DNA from: Myxococcota bacterium
GTDB taxonomy: Bacteria; Myxococcota_A; Polyangia; Polyangiales; Sandaracinaceae
Reading direction: 5' to 3'
Length of the DNA stretch: 64,000 bases
Assembly (NCBI GenBank): GCA_036149055.1
Contig: JAYZQJ010000182.1
Coordinates: 32,001 to 96,000 of the forward strand
Below, in pieces: positions 11,247 through 23,440 of this stretch. How positions within the stretch are numbered: position 1 is the first letter of the stretch; every line of letters starts with the position of its first letter. Below the pieces are notes generated by a model that was not told the DNA's origin, searched no databases, and saw nothing but the letters and a program-made list of their open reading frames with translations. Made by a program: the position numbers and the translations under genes.

Positions 11247-11633
11247 GTGCACGAGCATCGGGTTCACATCTACTACGAGGACACCGACCACTCCGGGGTC
11301 GTCTACCACGCGAACTACCTGAAGTACTTCGAGCGGGCCCGCGAGCACCTCATCGGCGTGGGCGAGCTGCGCCGCCTGCTCGACGAGGACGGCGTCGGCT
11401 TCGTGGTCTACAAGGCCGAGCTCACCTACCGACAGGGCGCGGTGTTCGGCGACGAGGTGACCATCCGCACCGAGGTCGAGCAGGAGAGCGCGTTCCGCGC
11501 GATCTTCCATCAGAAGGCGCTGCGCGGCGAGGAGCTGCTGGTGGACGCGAAGATCCACCTCGTGTGCGTCGACGCCGACAAGAAGCTCGTGCGGCTCCCG
11601 GGCTCGGCCCTCGCCGCGATCGCTCAGCCCTGA
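11247..11633 (+). CDS. YbgC/4HBT-family acyl-CoA thioesterase
   Basis: YYEDTDHSGVVYHANYLKYFERAR signature. Confidence 0.9.
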   Translation: MHEHRVHIYYEDTDHSGVVYHANYLKYFERAREHLIGVGELRRLLDEDGVGFVVYKAELTYRQGAVFGDEVTIRTEVEQESAFRAIFHQKALRGEELLVDAKIHLVCVDADKKLVRLPGSALAAIAQP

Positions 11634-12127
11634 ATCGACGCGGCGCGCGAGGCCAGCCAGTCGCGGACGGCGAAGCCGGTGCCGAGCGGCCAGGGGCGGA
11701 GCTTCTCGGGGAGGATGCGCTTGAACGCCTCGAGCTCCGCGCCGAGCGTGATCTCGCCCTCCGCGCGCACGTGGTAGGCGATGAGCAGCTCGTTCCGCAT
11801 CGCGAACGGGTAGTGCCCGACGAAGGACTGCACGACCCCGTCGAGCCCGAGCTCCTCCTTCACCTCGCGCAGCACCGCCTCGTCCGGGTGCTCGTCCTTC
11901 TCGAGGAAGCCGGTGACGAGCCCGAAGAACTTCTCCGGCCAGCCGGGCTGGCGGACCAGCACGATCTCGCCGCGGTGCTCGACGATGGCGGCGACGACCG
12001 GGGTCGGGTTGTCGTAGTGGATCCAGCCGCAGGCCGGGCAGACCATCCGCTCCCGGGCCACGCCCTCGTCGTCGACGTCGCGCGCCTCGAGCTTCGTCCC
12101 GCAGCGCATGCAGTGGGGGTTCTTCAT
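11624..12127 (-). CDS. NUDIX hydrolase with N-terminal zinc ribbon (NudC-like)
   Basis: CMRCG...CPACG, YDNPTP, GFLE.DE....AVLREVKEELG. Confidence 0.88.
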   Translation of the reverse strand: MKNPHCMRCGTKLEARDVDDEGVARERMVCPACGWIHYDNPTPVVAAIVEHRGEIVLVRQPGWPEKFFGLVTGFLEKDEHPDEAVLREVKEELGLDGVVQSFVGHYPFAMRNELLIAYHVRAEGEITLGAELEAFKRILPEKLRPWPLGTGFAVRDWLASRAASIQG

Positions 12128-12212
12128 CGCCGTCCATCGTGGGGCGCCGGCTCGATCGTCGCCACCCGCAACCGCCGCCCGCTCGGCCCGAAGAGGGGCG
12201 CGGGAGGTGAGA

Positions 12213-12833
12213 ATGAACCCGGCCGAGATCGCCCAGCTGCTACGTAGTGAGCCCGTCCGTGCCGTGAGCTTCTCGGTCGGGGGACGACGCTACGGCCCGG
12301 TCCAGTACGGCCGCGTCGCCGATGCGATGGGCGACACGATCCTGGTCGAGACGGTCGACGGCGGCGGTCCGAAGAGCCCCAGCGCCTATTATTCGTTCAC
12401 CGACCCCAACCGCGTCACCCATGACACTCTCTATGTGCGGCGCGGGGCGTCGCTGAACCGGCTCATCATCCAGGCCCTCATCGTCCACGAGAGCACCCAC
12501 GTCATCCAGGACATGTGGGGGCGCAGCATGAACGTGATCGACACCGAGGTCGCCGCGTACACCGCGCAGGCCCTCTACCTCGCGCGCCGGGGCACGACCT
12601 GGGCCGAGGTCAGCGTGCGGGCGCGCATCGAGGACGAGGAGGTTCACCGCTCGCCGCGCAACCCCCGCGTCGACGCGATCATCGAGGCGGCGGATCGGGC
12701 GGCCCAGCGACTGACGGCGGGCCCCCCGTTGCTCCGCCCCACGGAGGAGCAGGCCCTCCGCGCCGCCATCATCGCCCACCCCTACTATGCGCAGCGCACG
12801 GCTCACGTCGCCGACATGGACGGCGTCGGCTGA
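12213..12833 (+). CDS. Hypothetical protein with HExxH zincin motif
   Basis: RBS GGAGG; LIVHESTHVIQD followed by TEVAAY third ligand. Confidence 0.65.
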   Translation: MNPAEIAQLLRSEPVRAVSFSVGGRRYGPVQYGRVADAMGDTILVETVDGGGPKSPSAYYSFTDPNRVTHDTLYVRRGASLNRLIIQALIVHESTHVIQDMWGRSMNVIDTEVAAYTAQALYLARRGTTWAEVSVRARIEDEEVHRSPRNPRVDAIIEAADRAAQRLTAGPPLLRPTEEQALRAAIIAHPYYAQRTAHVADMDGVG

Positions 12834-12952
12834 AGGTGCGGCAAATATTGCCGCAGCTTCCGCGCGCGTATGCGCGCGAGATGGGGTGGGAGCCCGAGCC
12901 GGCTTTGCCGGTCGGGCGGGAGGGGGCGCATGCCCCCTCCGGAGACTGAGCG

Positions 12953-15391
12953 CTACGGGCCCACGGCGCGGCCGAGGCTCCCGACCCGGATGCCAGCGGT
13001 GATGCTGACGGCCGCGCCGACGTCCTGGGCGCGCTCGTGCTGGAGGAGCAGCTCCATCCGGAAGGCGAGCGCGAGCGGGCCGGCGAGGTCGTAGGACGCG
13101 TCGAGCGATCCACGGAGCGCGCCGCGGTTGTCGTCTCCGAGGTCCGCGAGGAAGTAGTCGAACGTGAACCCGAGGCGCGCGAAGCGGCTCTCGACCTTGA
13201 TCAGGTCCCAGGGCTGGAGGGTCAGGGTGGCGCCCACACCGGCCTCGACCTCGCGCTCGGAGTCGAAGAGCTGCACCTGGAAGCCGCCGTTGAGCTGGAG
13301 CTGCAGCTTGTCCCGCAGCTGGAAGCGGAAGCCGAGCGTCGGTCGGGTGAGGAACCAGTGGTAGTCCCGGTCGTCCGGCTCGGTGATCTCGGACTCGATG
13401 AAGAGGTCGACCGTCGGATCCGGGACGTACCAGAGCTCGGCGTCGCCCCCGCGCAGGCCCCGCCAGGAGAGCGCCGAGCGCGCGCGGATCTGGTCCGCCG
13501 CCTCGGTGAAGGTCTGCGCCGTCTCGGTCCAGGCCGTCCGGTAGAGGACGCTGCCGGTGTTCTGCCAGGTCCAGTCGGGCGCCGCCGCGTTGGCCGCGAG
13601 GTCGAGGTTGAAGCCGAACGTCATCACGTCCGACTGGGTCAGCTGGGTCGTCGAGTAGGCGCTCGTCGGGTTGCCGTCCGCGTCGACCACCAGCCCGGTC
13701 ATCGGGTCGCAGGTCACCGCCGCGTCGGGCGGCGGGTCGAGCGGATCGAAGGGGCAGTTGCGGCGCGGGTTGTCGATGCTCGAGCCCGAGAAGGTCAGGT
13801 CGGCGTCGGCCCGGAAGATCCACTCGAGCGTCTGGCCCGGATCGTCGACCGCCGCGCGCGGGTCCTCCTCGGTCGGGACCTCGAGGTGCTCGAGCACCAC
13901 GTTGCGCAGGGTCGCCGTCTCCTCGGCGTCCTCGGTGCCGTCGCCGGGGATCGGCACGATCTCCCAGCTCGCGTCGCTCGGGGTCAGCGCCGGCATCAGC
14001 CCGTCGCCGCCCGCGGCGAGGAAGCGGATGGTCACCACCCGATAGCGCGCCCGCCCCTCGGCCGCGTGCCCGCCCACCTTCACCGCGGTGGTGGTCCCGG
14101 CGCCGGTCCAGGTCAGCCCCGGGGTGACGAGGCTCGGGTTCTCCTGGGCGACGCGCGCCAGCCGGGTCAGCCACGCCTGGTTCACGGAGGCCACCTCGAG
14201 CGGCTCGTCGTACTCGATGGCGATGAACACGTCGCTCGCGGTCAGCGCGTCCGGGTGCGCGGGCCGCCAGCGCCCGTCGAGCGCCTGACGGTTGAGGATG
14301 GCCACGTCGGCGCCGGTCCGCTGCCGCATGATGCGCGCGACCAGCTCCAGCATCGCCTCGACGTCGATCTCCTCGTCCGGGTCGATGCGCGCGCCGGCGA
14401 GCGGGCGCCCCCACGCCGCGCAGTAGTCGTCTCCGATCCGATCGATCCAGTCGAGCACCGGCTCGCCGACGGTGATGCCGCGGCCCTCGAGGGGCTGGGC
14501 GAGCATCTCGTAGCCGTCGCGGATCTCGTTGCTCTCCCGGATGCGCACCTCGACCGCGTCCTGGCTCGGGGTGCCCACGAGGACCGGGCGCACGGTGGAC
14601 GGCCGCGCGAAGAGGATGTCGTCGTCGCCCGAGACCAGCAGCAGGTTCGGGCTGTGGCGCTCCCCGGCGAGCTCGGTGGCGAGCGCGACCGGGCCGCCCT
14701 CGATCTGCGCGTCGACGATCGCGATCACCAGCTCGGCGCCCTGCTGGCGCGCGATCCGGGTGAGGCGCTGGAGCGTCTCCTTGGGGTCGTCGAACTGGAC
14801 GCCGCGCGCGCGATCCGGCGCGACGAGGGCGCCGGCGTTCGGGCGCAGCACCGAGAGCACCGCGGTCGGCCGGCCGTTGACGACGTGCATCGAGGGGCCG
14901 TCGCTCGCGTCGACCAGCAGCTCGCAGAGCTCCGCCGCCTCCTCGCCGCAGCGCAGGTTGCTGGCGATCATCGGGATGCCTCGCTCGCGCAGCTCGCCGA
15001 TGACGTTGAGCATGCCCCGGCGCGGGGCCGCGAGGTCGTTGAGGCCGAAGCCGAGCGCGCGGTAGCCGAGGTCCTGCACCATCACCGCGAGCGAGCTCGG
15101 CCGCTGCGCCGCCGCGTAGCGGGCCACCCCGTGCGGGGTCAGCAGCCCGCCCATGTCGACGACCATCGGCTGGTCCGGGTCGCGGGCGGCGCGGCGGAGC
15201 GCGTAGGTGAAGGCGGCGTGGTCGGACGGACGCAGGGCGTCGCCGCGATCGCAGACCGGCCGCGCGAACCGGCCGTCGACGTCGCTCGTCGCGATCACCC
15301 GCGCGATCGTCTGGATGCGCTGGGCGGACGCGGGCGCGGCGACGCAGAGCGCCGCGAGCGCGAGGACGAGCGCCGGGACGAACGCCCGCAC
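12953..15391 (-). CDS. Exported 5'-nucleotidase-like protein fused to C-terminal outer-membrane beta-barrel
   Basis: Signal peptide (…APASAQ); TSDVDG, DMGG, GLNDL, IASNL, GADVAILN, LTASDV; C-terminal alternating beta-strands. Confidence 0.6.
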   Translation of the reverse strand: MRAFVPALVLALAALCVAAPASAQRIQTIARVIATSDVDGRFARPVCDRGDALRPSDHAAFTYALRRAARDPDQPMVVDMGGLLTPHGVARYAAAQRPSSLAVMVQDLGYRALGFGLNDLAAPRRGMLNVIGELRERGIPMIASNLRCGEEAAELCELLVDASDGPSMHVVNGRPTAVLSVLRPNAGALVAPDRARGVQFDDPKETLQRLTRIARQQGAELVIAIVDAQIEGGPVALATELAGERHSPNLLLVSGDDDILFARPSTVRPVLVGTPSQDAVEVRIRESNEIRDGYEMLAQPLEGRGITVGEPVLDWIDRIGDDYCAAWGRPLAGARIDPDEEIDVEAMLELVARIMRQRTGADVAILNRQALDGRWRPAHPDALTASDVFIAIEYDEPLEVASVNQAWLTRLARVAQENPSLVTPGLTWTGAGTTTAVKVGGHAAEGRARYRVVTIRFLAAGGDGLMPALTPSDASWEIVPIPGDGTEDAEETATLRNVVLEHLEVPTEEDPRAAVDDPGQTLEWIFRADADLTFSGSSIDNPRRNCPFDPLDPPPDAAVTCDPMTGLVVDADGNPTSAYSTTQLTQSDVMTFGFNLDLAANAAAPDWTWQNTGSVLYRTAWTETAQTFTEAADQIRARSALSWRGLRGGDAELWYVPDPTVDLFIESEITEPDDRDYHWFLTRPTLGFRFQLRDKLQLQLNGGFQVQLFDSEREVEAGVGATLTLQPWDLIKVESRFARLGFTFDYFLADLGDDNRGALRGSLDASYDLAGPLALAFRMELLLQHERAQDVGAAVSITAGIRVGSLGRAVGP

Positions 15392-15392
15392 G

Positions 15393-16076
15393 TCAGTTCG
15401 AGCGCTGCACCGGCCGGTACGGGTGGATGAAGCTCGCCAGCGACGAGGGGTTGCGGGTGGAGATCCACAGCCGCCCCTGCCCCTGGAAGTTGCAGACCAG
15501 GCCCTCGCCGCTGAAGAAGAGGCTCTTGATGCCTCCGATCTTCTGCACGTTGTATTGCAAGCCGCCGGTGAAGGCGACGACGTGGCTGGTGTCACAGATG
15601 TAGCCGCCGGGTCCGACGTCGACCGCGTGAATGCCGCCATAACACGAGAAGAAGACCGGCCCCGTTCCCTCCGCCTTGAGGAGGAACATGCCGGTCCCGC
15701 TGAAGAACCCCTTCGCGCCGCCCCACTTCGTGTCGAGCTGCACGGTGGGCGCGCTGCAGAGGTAGGCGCCGCTGCTCATCATGATCGGCGTCTGGCCGTC
15801 GAGCTCCAGCACCTCGACGTCCCCCTCCGGCGCGGGCGCGACGTAGAGCGTCTCGCCGGGCGCGCTCGAGGTGAAGGTGTTCTGGAAGAGGCTCTCGCCG
15901 CCCATGAGCTTGCGCTTGGCCGCGGCGAGCATCCCGCCGCGCATGTTCGTCTCCATGCTCATGCCGCTCGAGCGCGCGACCATCGCCGCCGACTCGACCA
16001 CGACCTGCTCGCCGGGCTGATCGAAGGTGAACTTCACCATCGCGAAGTCGGGCTTGTCCTTCATCTCGTAGCGCAT
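15393..16076 (-). CDS. TIGR00266/AIM24 family protein
   Basis: VESAAMV, GGESLFQNTF, GAIH/CDTSHVVAF, SGEGLVC.F.GQGR.WI.TRN. Confidence 0.9.
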   Translation of the reverse strand: MRYEMKDKPDFAMVKFTFDQPGEQVVVESAAMVARSSGMSMETNMRGGMLAAAKRKLMGGESLFQNTFTSSAPGETLYVAPAPEGDVEVLELDGQTPIMMSSGAYLCSAPTVQLDTKWGGAKGFFSGTGMFLLKAEGTGPVFFSCYGGIHAVDVGPGGYICDTSHVVAFTGGLQYNVQKIGGIKSLFFSGEGLVCNFQGQGRLWISTRNPSSLASFIHPYRPVQRSN

Positions 16077-16077
16077 G

Positions 16078-16758
16078 TCAGCCCTTCCTCGGCGGCAGCT
16101 GCGAGCCGACCGACTGCCCGTACTCGCTCGGGTTGCGGGACTGGATCCAGATCCGACCCTGGCCGGTGAAGTGGCAGACCAGCCCCTCGCCCGAGAGCCA
16201 CGAGGCGATCCAGCCCGCGCCGCTCTTGCCGATGGAGTACTGGAGGCTGGCGTCCCACGCGACGAGGTGGCCGGTGTCGATGACCAGGTTGCCGTCGCAG
16301 GTGAGCTCCTCGAGCCCGCCGAAGGCGCCGACCACCACCTGCCCCTGCTGCTGCGAGGTCGCCTGCAGGATGAAGACGCCGGCGCCGCTGAAGAAGCCCT
16401 TGAAGCCGCCGGTCTTGGTCTCGATGGCGACGTCGGGGGTGGAGGCGACGTAGGCGGAGCTCTGGATGTAGTAGCCCTGCGGGGTCAGCGGCAGCACCGC
16501 CATGTCGCCGCAGAGCGCCTGCGCGAGCAGCACCTCGCCCGGCCCGTTCTGGGCGGTGAAGGTGTTGCGGAAGAACGACTCGCCGCCGAACATCCGCTTG
16601 AGCCCGCCCATCAGCCCGCCCTGCGACTGGGTCTGCATCTGGACGTTGGTGCTCATGCCGACCATCGCGCCGGACTCGGCCACGATCGACTCGTTCGCCT
16701 GGAGCGTGACCTTGGCCAGCGAATGCGCGGGCTGGTACCCGATCTCGATGTTGGGCAT
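16078..16758 (-). CDS. TIGR00266/AIM24 family protein
   Basis: AESGAMV, GGESFFRNTF, IDTGHLVAW, SGEGLVCHF.GQGRIWIQSRN. Confidence 0.9.
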   Translation of the reverse strand: MPNIEIGYQPAHSLAKVTLQANESIVAESGAMVGMSTNVQMQTQSQGGLMGGLKRMFGGESFFRNTFTAQNGPGEVLLAQALCGDMAVLPLTPQGYYIQSSAYVASTPDVAIETKTGGFKGFFSGAGVFILQATSQQQGQVVVGAFGGLEELTCDGNLVIDTGHLVAWDASLQYSIGKSGAGWIASWLSGEGLVCHFTGQGRIWIQSRNPSEYGQSVGSQLPPRKG

Positions 16759-16768
16759 CCGTCCCCCC

Positions 16769-17515
16769 TCAGCCCGGCATGATCCGCGTGAGCCAGTCCA
16801 CCAGGGTCGCGGGGTTGCGCGACTGGATGTAGACCCGGCCCTGCCCGTTGAACTCGCACACGAGGCCCTCGCCGGAGGCCATGAAGCCCATGACCCCGCC
16901 GCCGGCGCTCTTGATGTCGAAGCGGAGGTCGCCCTCGAAGCCGACCAGGTGGCCGTTGTCGACGATGTACGGCCCGTTCACGTCGATGGCCTCGATGCCG
17001 CCGTAGCTGTTGAACCAGAGATCGCCGTGGCCGCCGACCTGGAGGAAGAAGGCCCCCTCCTTGGCGAGCAGCGACTTGAGGCCGCCGAATTTCATCTTCA
17101 TGTCGACGTCGCCGACCGAGGCGACGTAGGCGCCGCTCGAGAGGGTGAGCGTCTCGCCGTTCAGCCGGCGATGGGACACCTGGCCGCTCATCGTCGGCGC
17201 CACCCAGACGCTGCCCGGCTGGGGCGCGGTGAAGTGGTTGACGAAGAAGGTCTCGCCGCCGACCAGCTTGCGGATGACGGCGATGAAGAAGGCCTTGATC
17301 ATCGCCCACAGGCCGGCGCCCCGGCCCGCGTTCATCTTGACCTCCATGCCGACGTGCTGGTGGCGGGCCACCATCGAGCCGGCCTCGGCCACCAGGGTCT
17401 GCCCCGGCTGGAGGTCGACCCGCAGCATCGCGAAGGACGGGCCGTGGGTGATCTGGTGCTGGACCCCGCCCGCGGCGGGCTGCCCGGGGCTGGGCTGAGC
17501 GGCTTGCGGTTGCAT
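16769..17515 (-). CDS. TIGR00266/AIM24 family protein
   Basis: AEAGSMV, GGETFFVN.F, VDNGHLVGF, SGEGLVCEF.GQGRVYIQSRN. Confidence 0.9.
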   Translation of the reverse strand: MQPQAAQPSPGQPAAGGVQHQITHGPSFAMLRVDLQPGQTLVAEAGSMVARHQHVGMEVKMNAGRGAGLWAMIKAFFIAVIRKLVGGETFFVNHFTAPQPGSVWVAPTMSGQVSHRRLNGETLTLSSGAYVASVGDVDMKMKFGGLKSLLAKEGAFFLQVGGHGDLWFNSYGGIEAIDVNGPYIVDNGHLVGFEGDLRFDIKSAGGGVMGFMASGEGLVCEFNGQGRVYIQSRNPATLVDWLTRIMPG

Positions 17516-17687
17516 GCGTCCCCCGTTCGTGGGCCCGCTTGTACCGCGCGGCGGCGCGCGTTGGCAATGACCGCAGCCCCGCCCACCGTGCGGGCCCCGG
17601 ATGTGCGGGCGTGGCGAGGTGCCACGGCACGGGCCCCCGCGGGCCCCGGCGAGGGGGCTGGAACGGATCGTGGTCACTACCTCGGTC

Positions 17688-18173
17688 ATGCAGACCGAAT
17701 TCGTCTCCAAAGTCATGCCGTGGACCTGGTCGGCCAGCCGCCGGGCGGGCTACGGCCTCCTCGCCATCGTCCCCCTCGCGCTCCTGCTGGCCCTCGTCAC
17801 CGTCGGCACGCTGGGCGCGGTGGCGAACAGCAGCTTCCTCCTGTTCGAGGCGCTGCCGGTGCTCGCCTACACCCACGTGATCGCGCAGTTCATCACCCTG
17901 CTCATCTTCGGGCACCTGCTGATGCGGCACCCGAACCTCGAGCGGCGGCACAAGCTGGGCTGGGGCGCCGCCTTCCTCTTCGCGGCCCCGTTCAGCGTGC
18001 CCACCTACTGGCTGCTCCACGTGCTGCGCGCCCCGTCGCGCCTGCCCAGCGAGAGCCGTGAGGTGGAGTCGGCCCGTCACATCCACGTCTACGAGTACGA
18101 CTACACCCCGAAGAAGCGCCGCGGCACCCGCCGCCGGGCCGACGGGGTGGTGGTCCACCGCGTCCCTGCCTGA
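17688..18173 (+). CDS. Hypothetical membrane protein
   Basis: Three hydrophobic segments, basic C-terminus; start uncertain. Confidence 0.6.
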   Translation: MQTEFVSKVMPWTWSASRRAGYGLLAIVPLALLLALVTVGTLGAVANSSFLLFEALPVLAYTHVIAQFITLLIFGHLLMRHPNLERRHKLGWGAAFLFAAPFSVPTYWLLHVLRAPSRLPSESREVESARHIHVYEYDYTPKKRRGTRRRADGVVVHRVPA

Positions 18174-18671
18174 AGACACCCGCCCGAAGACATCAGCCTC
18201 GGACGGCCGTGGGGATCGCCCCGACGCGCCCCCGAGACGCCGGAGATCGACGCCGACACCGCCGCCGCGGATCGGCGTTTTTCTCTTGTGATCTCGCCGA
18301 TGTCACCGCCCGTCCGCCGGCAGATCGCGACGGATCCGTCACGGCATGGGCGCACGTTCGATCCGTCGAGGACTGGACGCGGTGTCTCACGCGAGCCATG
18401 ACCTGAACATGTGGCACGCACCCCATATCTGCCAATAATTTGGGGGCCAACCACAACGGGTAGTAGGGTCCACGCCGTGACGGTACGTGACGGCACATGG
18501 CGCTCGGGTCGCCACTGATACGTCACGGCCCTGGCACCCGATCAGGGGGACCGAATCCCCCGAGATACGCACTCAAGTCATGGAAATCACGACTCAATTC
18601 AAAAAACGACATCGGCCCTCCAAAAGGGCCCTTGACCCGGCCGACGCAGGCCGGTACCCCAGGCCTTCTCC

Positions 18672-18719
18672 ACACCATGGGTTGTGGGGGGGACGCGCAG
18701 GCATCCCCACTGGTTGTGG
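18672..18719 (+). promoter_or_regulatory. Tandem NrdR boxes upstream of nrdJ
   Basis: ACACCATGGGTTGTGG (18672) and TCCCCACTGGTTGTGG (18704), 32-bp spacing, resemble acaCwAtATaTwGtgt. Confidence 0.65.
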
Positions 18720-18853
18720 ACCCCAGGGCACCGAAAACCGGAGGCGAGCGAGCCTCCGGACGGCCCGGGTCTACCCCGACGGGTCTCCCGCCGGGCAGGG
18801 GATTCGTGTGCCTGGGATGGGACCGAAGCAGTTGAAGATGGCCGGAGGATGAT

Positions 18854-22159
<3,306 letters not shown>

Positions 22160-22192
22160 CGCCTCACGCCTGACACAGGCCCAACCTCAGAG

Positions 22193-22229
22193 AACGCCCC
22201 GCGGCCCACGCCGCGGGGCGTTTCGCGTT
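22193..22229 (+). terminator. Intrinsic terminator of nrdJ
   Basis: Perfect 13-bp stem AACGCCCCGCGGC-CCAC-GCCGCGGGGCGTT followed by T-rich tail. Confidence 0.75.
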
Positions 22230-22456
22230 TCCCATCGCTCGCGTCGAACAGTTGGCTCTCGCCAAGCCGCAAAGCCGCAAAGAAGAGAGCAGGCGACGGG
22301 ACGGCAGCTCGCCGCCCCCTCCACCACCGCCCACGCCGCGGGGCGTTTCGCGTTTCCCATCGCTCGCGTCGAACAACGGGCTCTCGCCAAGCCGCAAAGC
22401 CGCAAAGAAAAGAGCAGGCGACGGGACGGCAGCTCGCCGCCCCGTCCACGACCGCC
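22204..22456. repeat. 125-bp tandem duplication
   Basis: Unit beginning GCCCACGCCGCGGGGCGTTTCGCG at 22204 recurs at 22329 with few mismatches. Confidence 0.9.
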
Positions 22457-22542
22457 AGGCCGCGCAAGGCGAGGGGGAACCCGCCGGCGAGCCTCCATCC
22501 CGCGGCCCCCAGCCCCTTTGCGCCTTTGCGCCTTTGCGAGAG
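22381..22542. repeat. REP/MITE-like element with 27-nt terminal inverted repeats
   Basis: CTCTCGCCAAGCCGCAAAGCCGCAAAG (22381-22407) vs CTTTGCGCCTTTGCGCCTTTGCGAGAG (22516-22542). Confidence 0.75.
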
Positions 22543-22643
22543 CACTTTTTTCAGAAGCGCCCTTCTCGAGAGGGCGTGAAGAGGTTTCACACCATCATCG
22601 ACGGGACCTGCCCAAACCAGGGCGCAGAGCCTACGTCACGCGC

Positions 22644-22658
22644 TGGCACGGTCGCTGC
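22644..22658 (+). promoter_or_regulatory. Sigma54 -24/-12 promoter
   Basis: TGGCACGGTCGCTGC, GG-N10-GC. Confidence 0.6.
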
Positions 22659-22671
22659 CGATGGCAGGGTG

Positions 22672-23238
22672 GTGACCCACCGAATCTCATCGCTGATCGT
22701 CGTCGCCCTGCTCGCCCTCTCCGCCGTCCCGGCGAGCGCTCAGGACGTGGAGGACGTGGAGGGCCCCCGCTACCGGGTCGACCTCGACGTCTTCACCCCT
22801 GGCTGGTTCGTCGCCGCCCGCGACCGGGGCGAGCCCAACGGCTGGGACACCGTCACCTTCCTCTCCGGCCAGGTCGGGGTCCGCGCCGCCTTCCGCGCCG
22901 GCCACGGCTTCTTCACCGACGTGAGCCTCTCGTCCGGCGCCCTCGGACCGGTGTACCTGCTGCACGAAGCCGGCTACCTCCACCGCTTCCGCCTCCAGGG
23001 AGACGACGCCCGCGGCCTGGCCCTCGAGCTCCAGGCGGGCCTCTCGGGCGGCTACTGGGACGGCTCGGTCGCGGGCAGCGGCCCCATCGGCGGCCCCAAC
23101 GTCGCCGTCTCGATCGACGGCCGCGTCGACGCCTTCGTCCTCGGCCTGATGATCCGCCACCGGGTGCTCTACGACGGAGCGCGGACCCAGCAGATGACCA
23201 GCGCGATCCTCCGCGTCACCTTCGGCTTCTGGGGGTAG
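22672..23238 (+). CDS. Small exported outer-membrane beta-barrel-like protein
   Basis: Signal peptide …LSAVPASAQ, amphipathic beta strands, aromatic C-terminus (VTFGFWG). Confidence 0.6.
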   Translation: MTHRISSLIVVALLALSAVPASAQDVEDVEGPRYRVDLDVFTPGWFVAARDRGEPNGWDTVTFLSGQVGVRAAFRAGHGFFTDVSLSSGALGPVYLLHEAGYLHRFRLQGDDARGLALELQAGLSGGYWDGSVAGSGPIGGPNVAVSIDGRVDAFVLGLMIRHRVLYDGARTQQMTSAILRVTFGFWG

Positions 23239-23294
23239 AGCGCCCACCACGAGAAGCTCCAGCGGCCAGCCCCATACCGCGGCCCCCCCACCCC

Positions 23295-23422
23295 CTCTGC
23301 CTCTCTGCGCCTCTGCGAGAAACCAAACTGCCCCCGAGGCGCGCAGCGCGAGGGGAACCCGCCGGCCACCCTCCATCCCGCGGCCCCCCCAGCCCCTTTG
23401 CGGCTTGGCGCCGTTGCGAGAG
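23295..23422. repeat. Copy of intergenic repeat family
   Basis: CTCTGCGCCTCTGCGAGAAA…GGGGAACCCGCCGG…CTTTGCGGCTTGGCGCCGTTGCGAGAG; similar to 22467-22542 and 27080-27199. Confidence 0.8.
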
Positions 23423-23440
23423 TAAGATCGCCCCCGAACG

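Noticed and set aside
17659..17673. Sigma54 promoter TGGAACGGATCGTGG
   Set aside because: Lacks the conserved GC at -12.
18480..18600. Cobalamin riboswitch upstream of B12-dependent nrdJ (GCCACTG at 18511)
   Set aside because: No AGGGAA/CGGTG segment or B12-box (AGYCAGAAGACC) found; single word match only.
22204..22542. CRISPR array
   Set aside because: Only two near-identical 125-bp units with no unique spacers and no cas genes.
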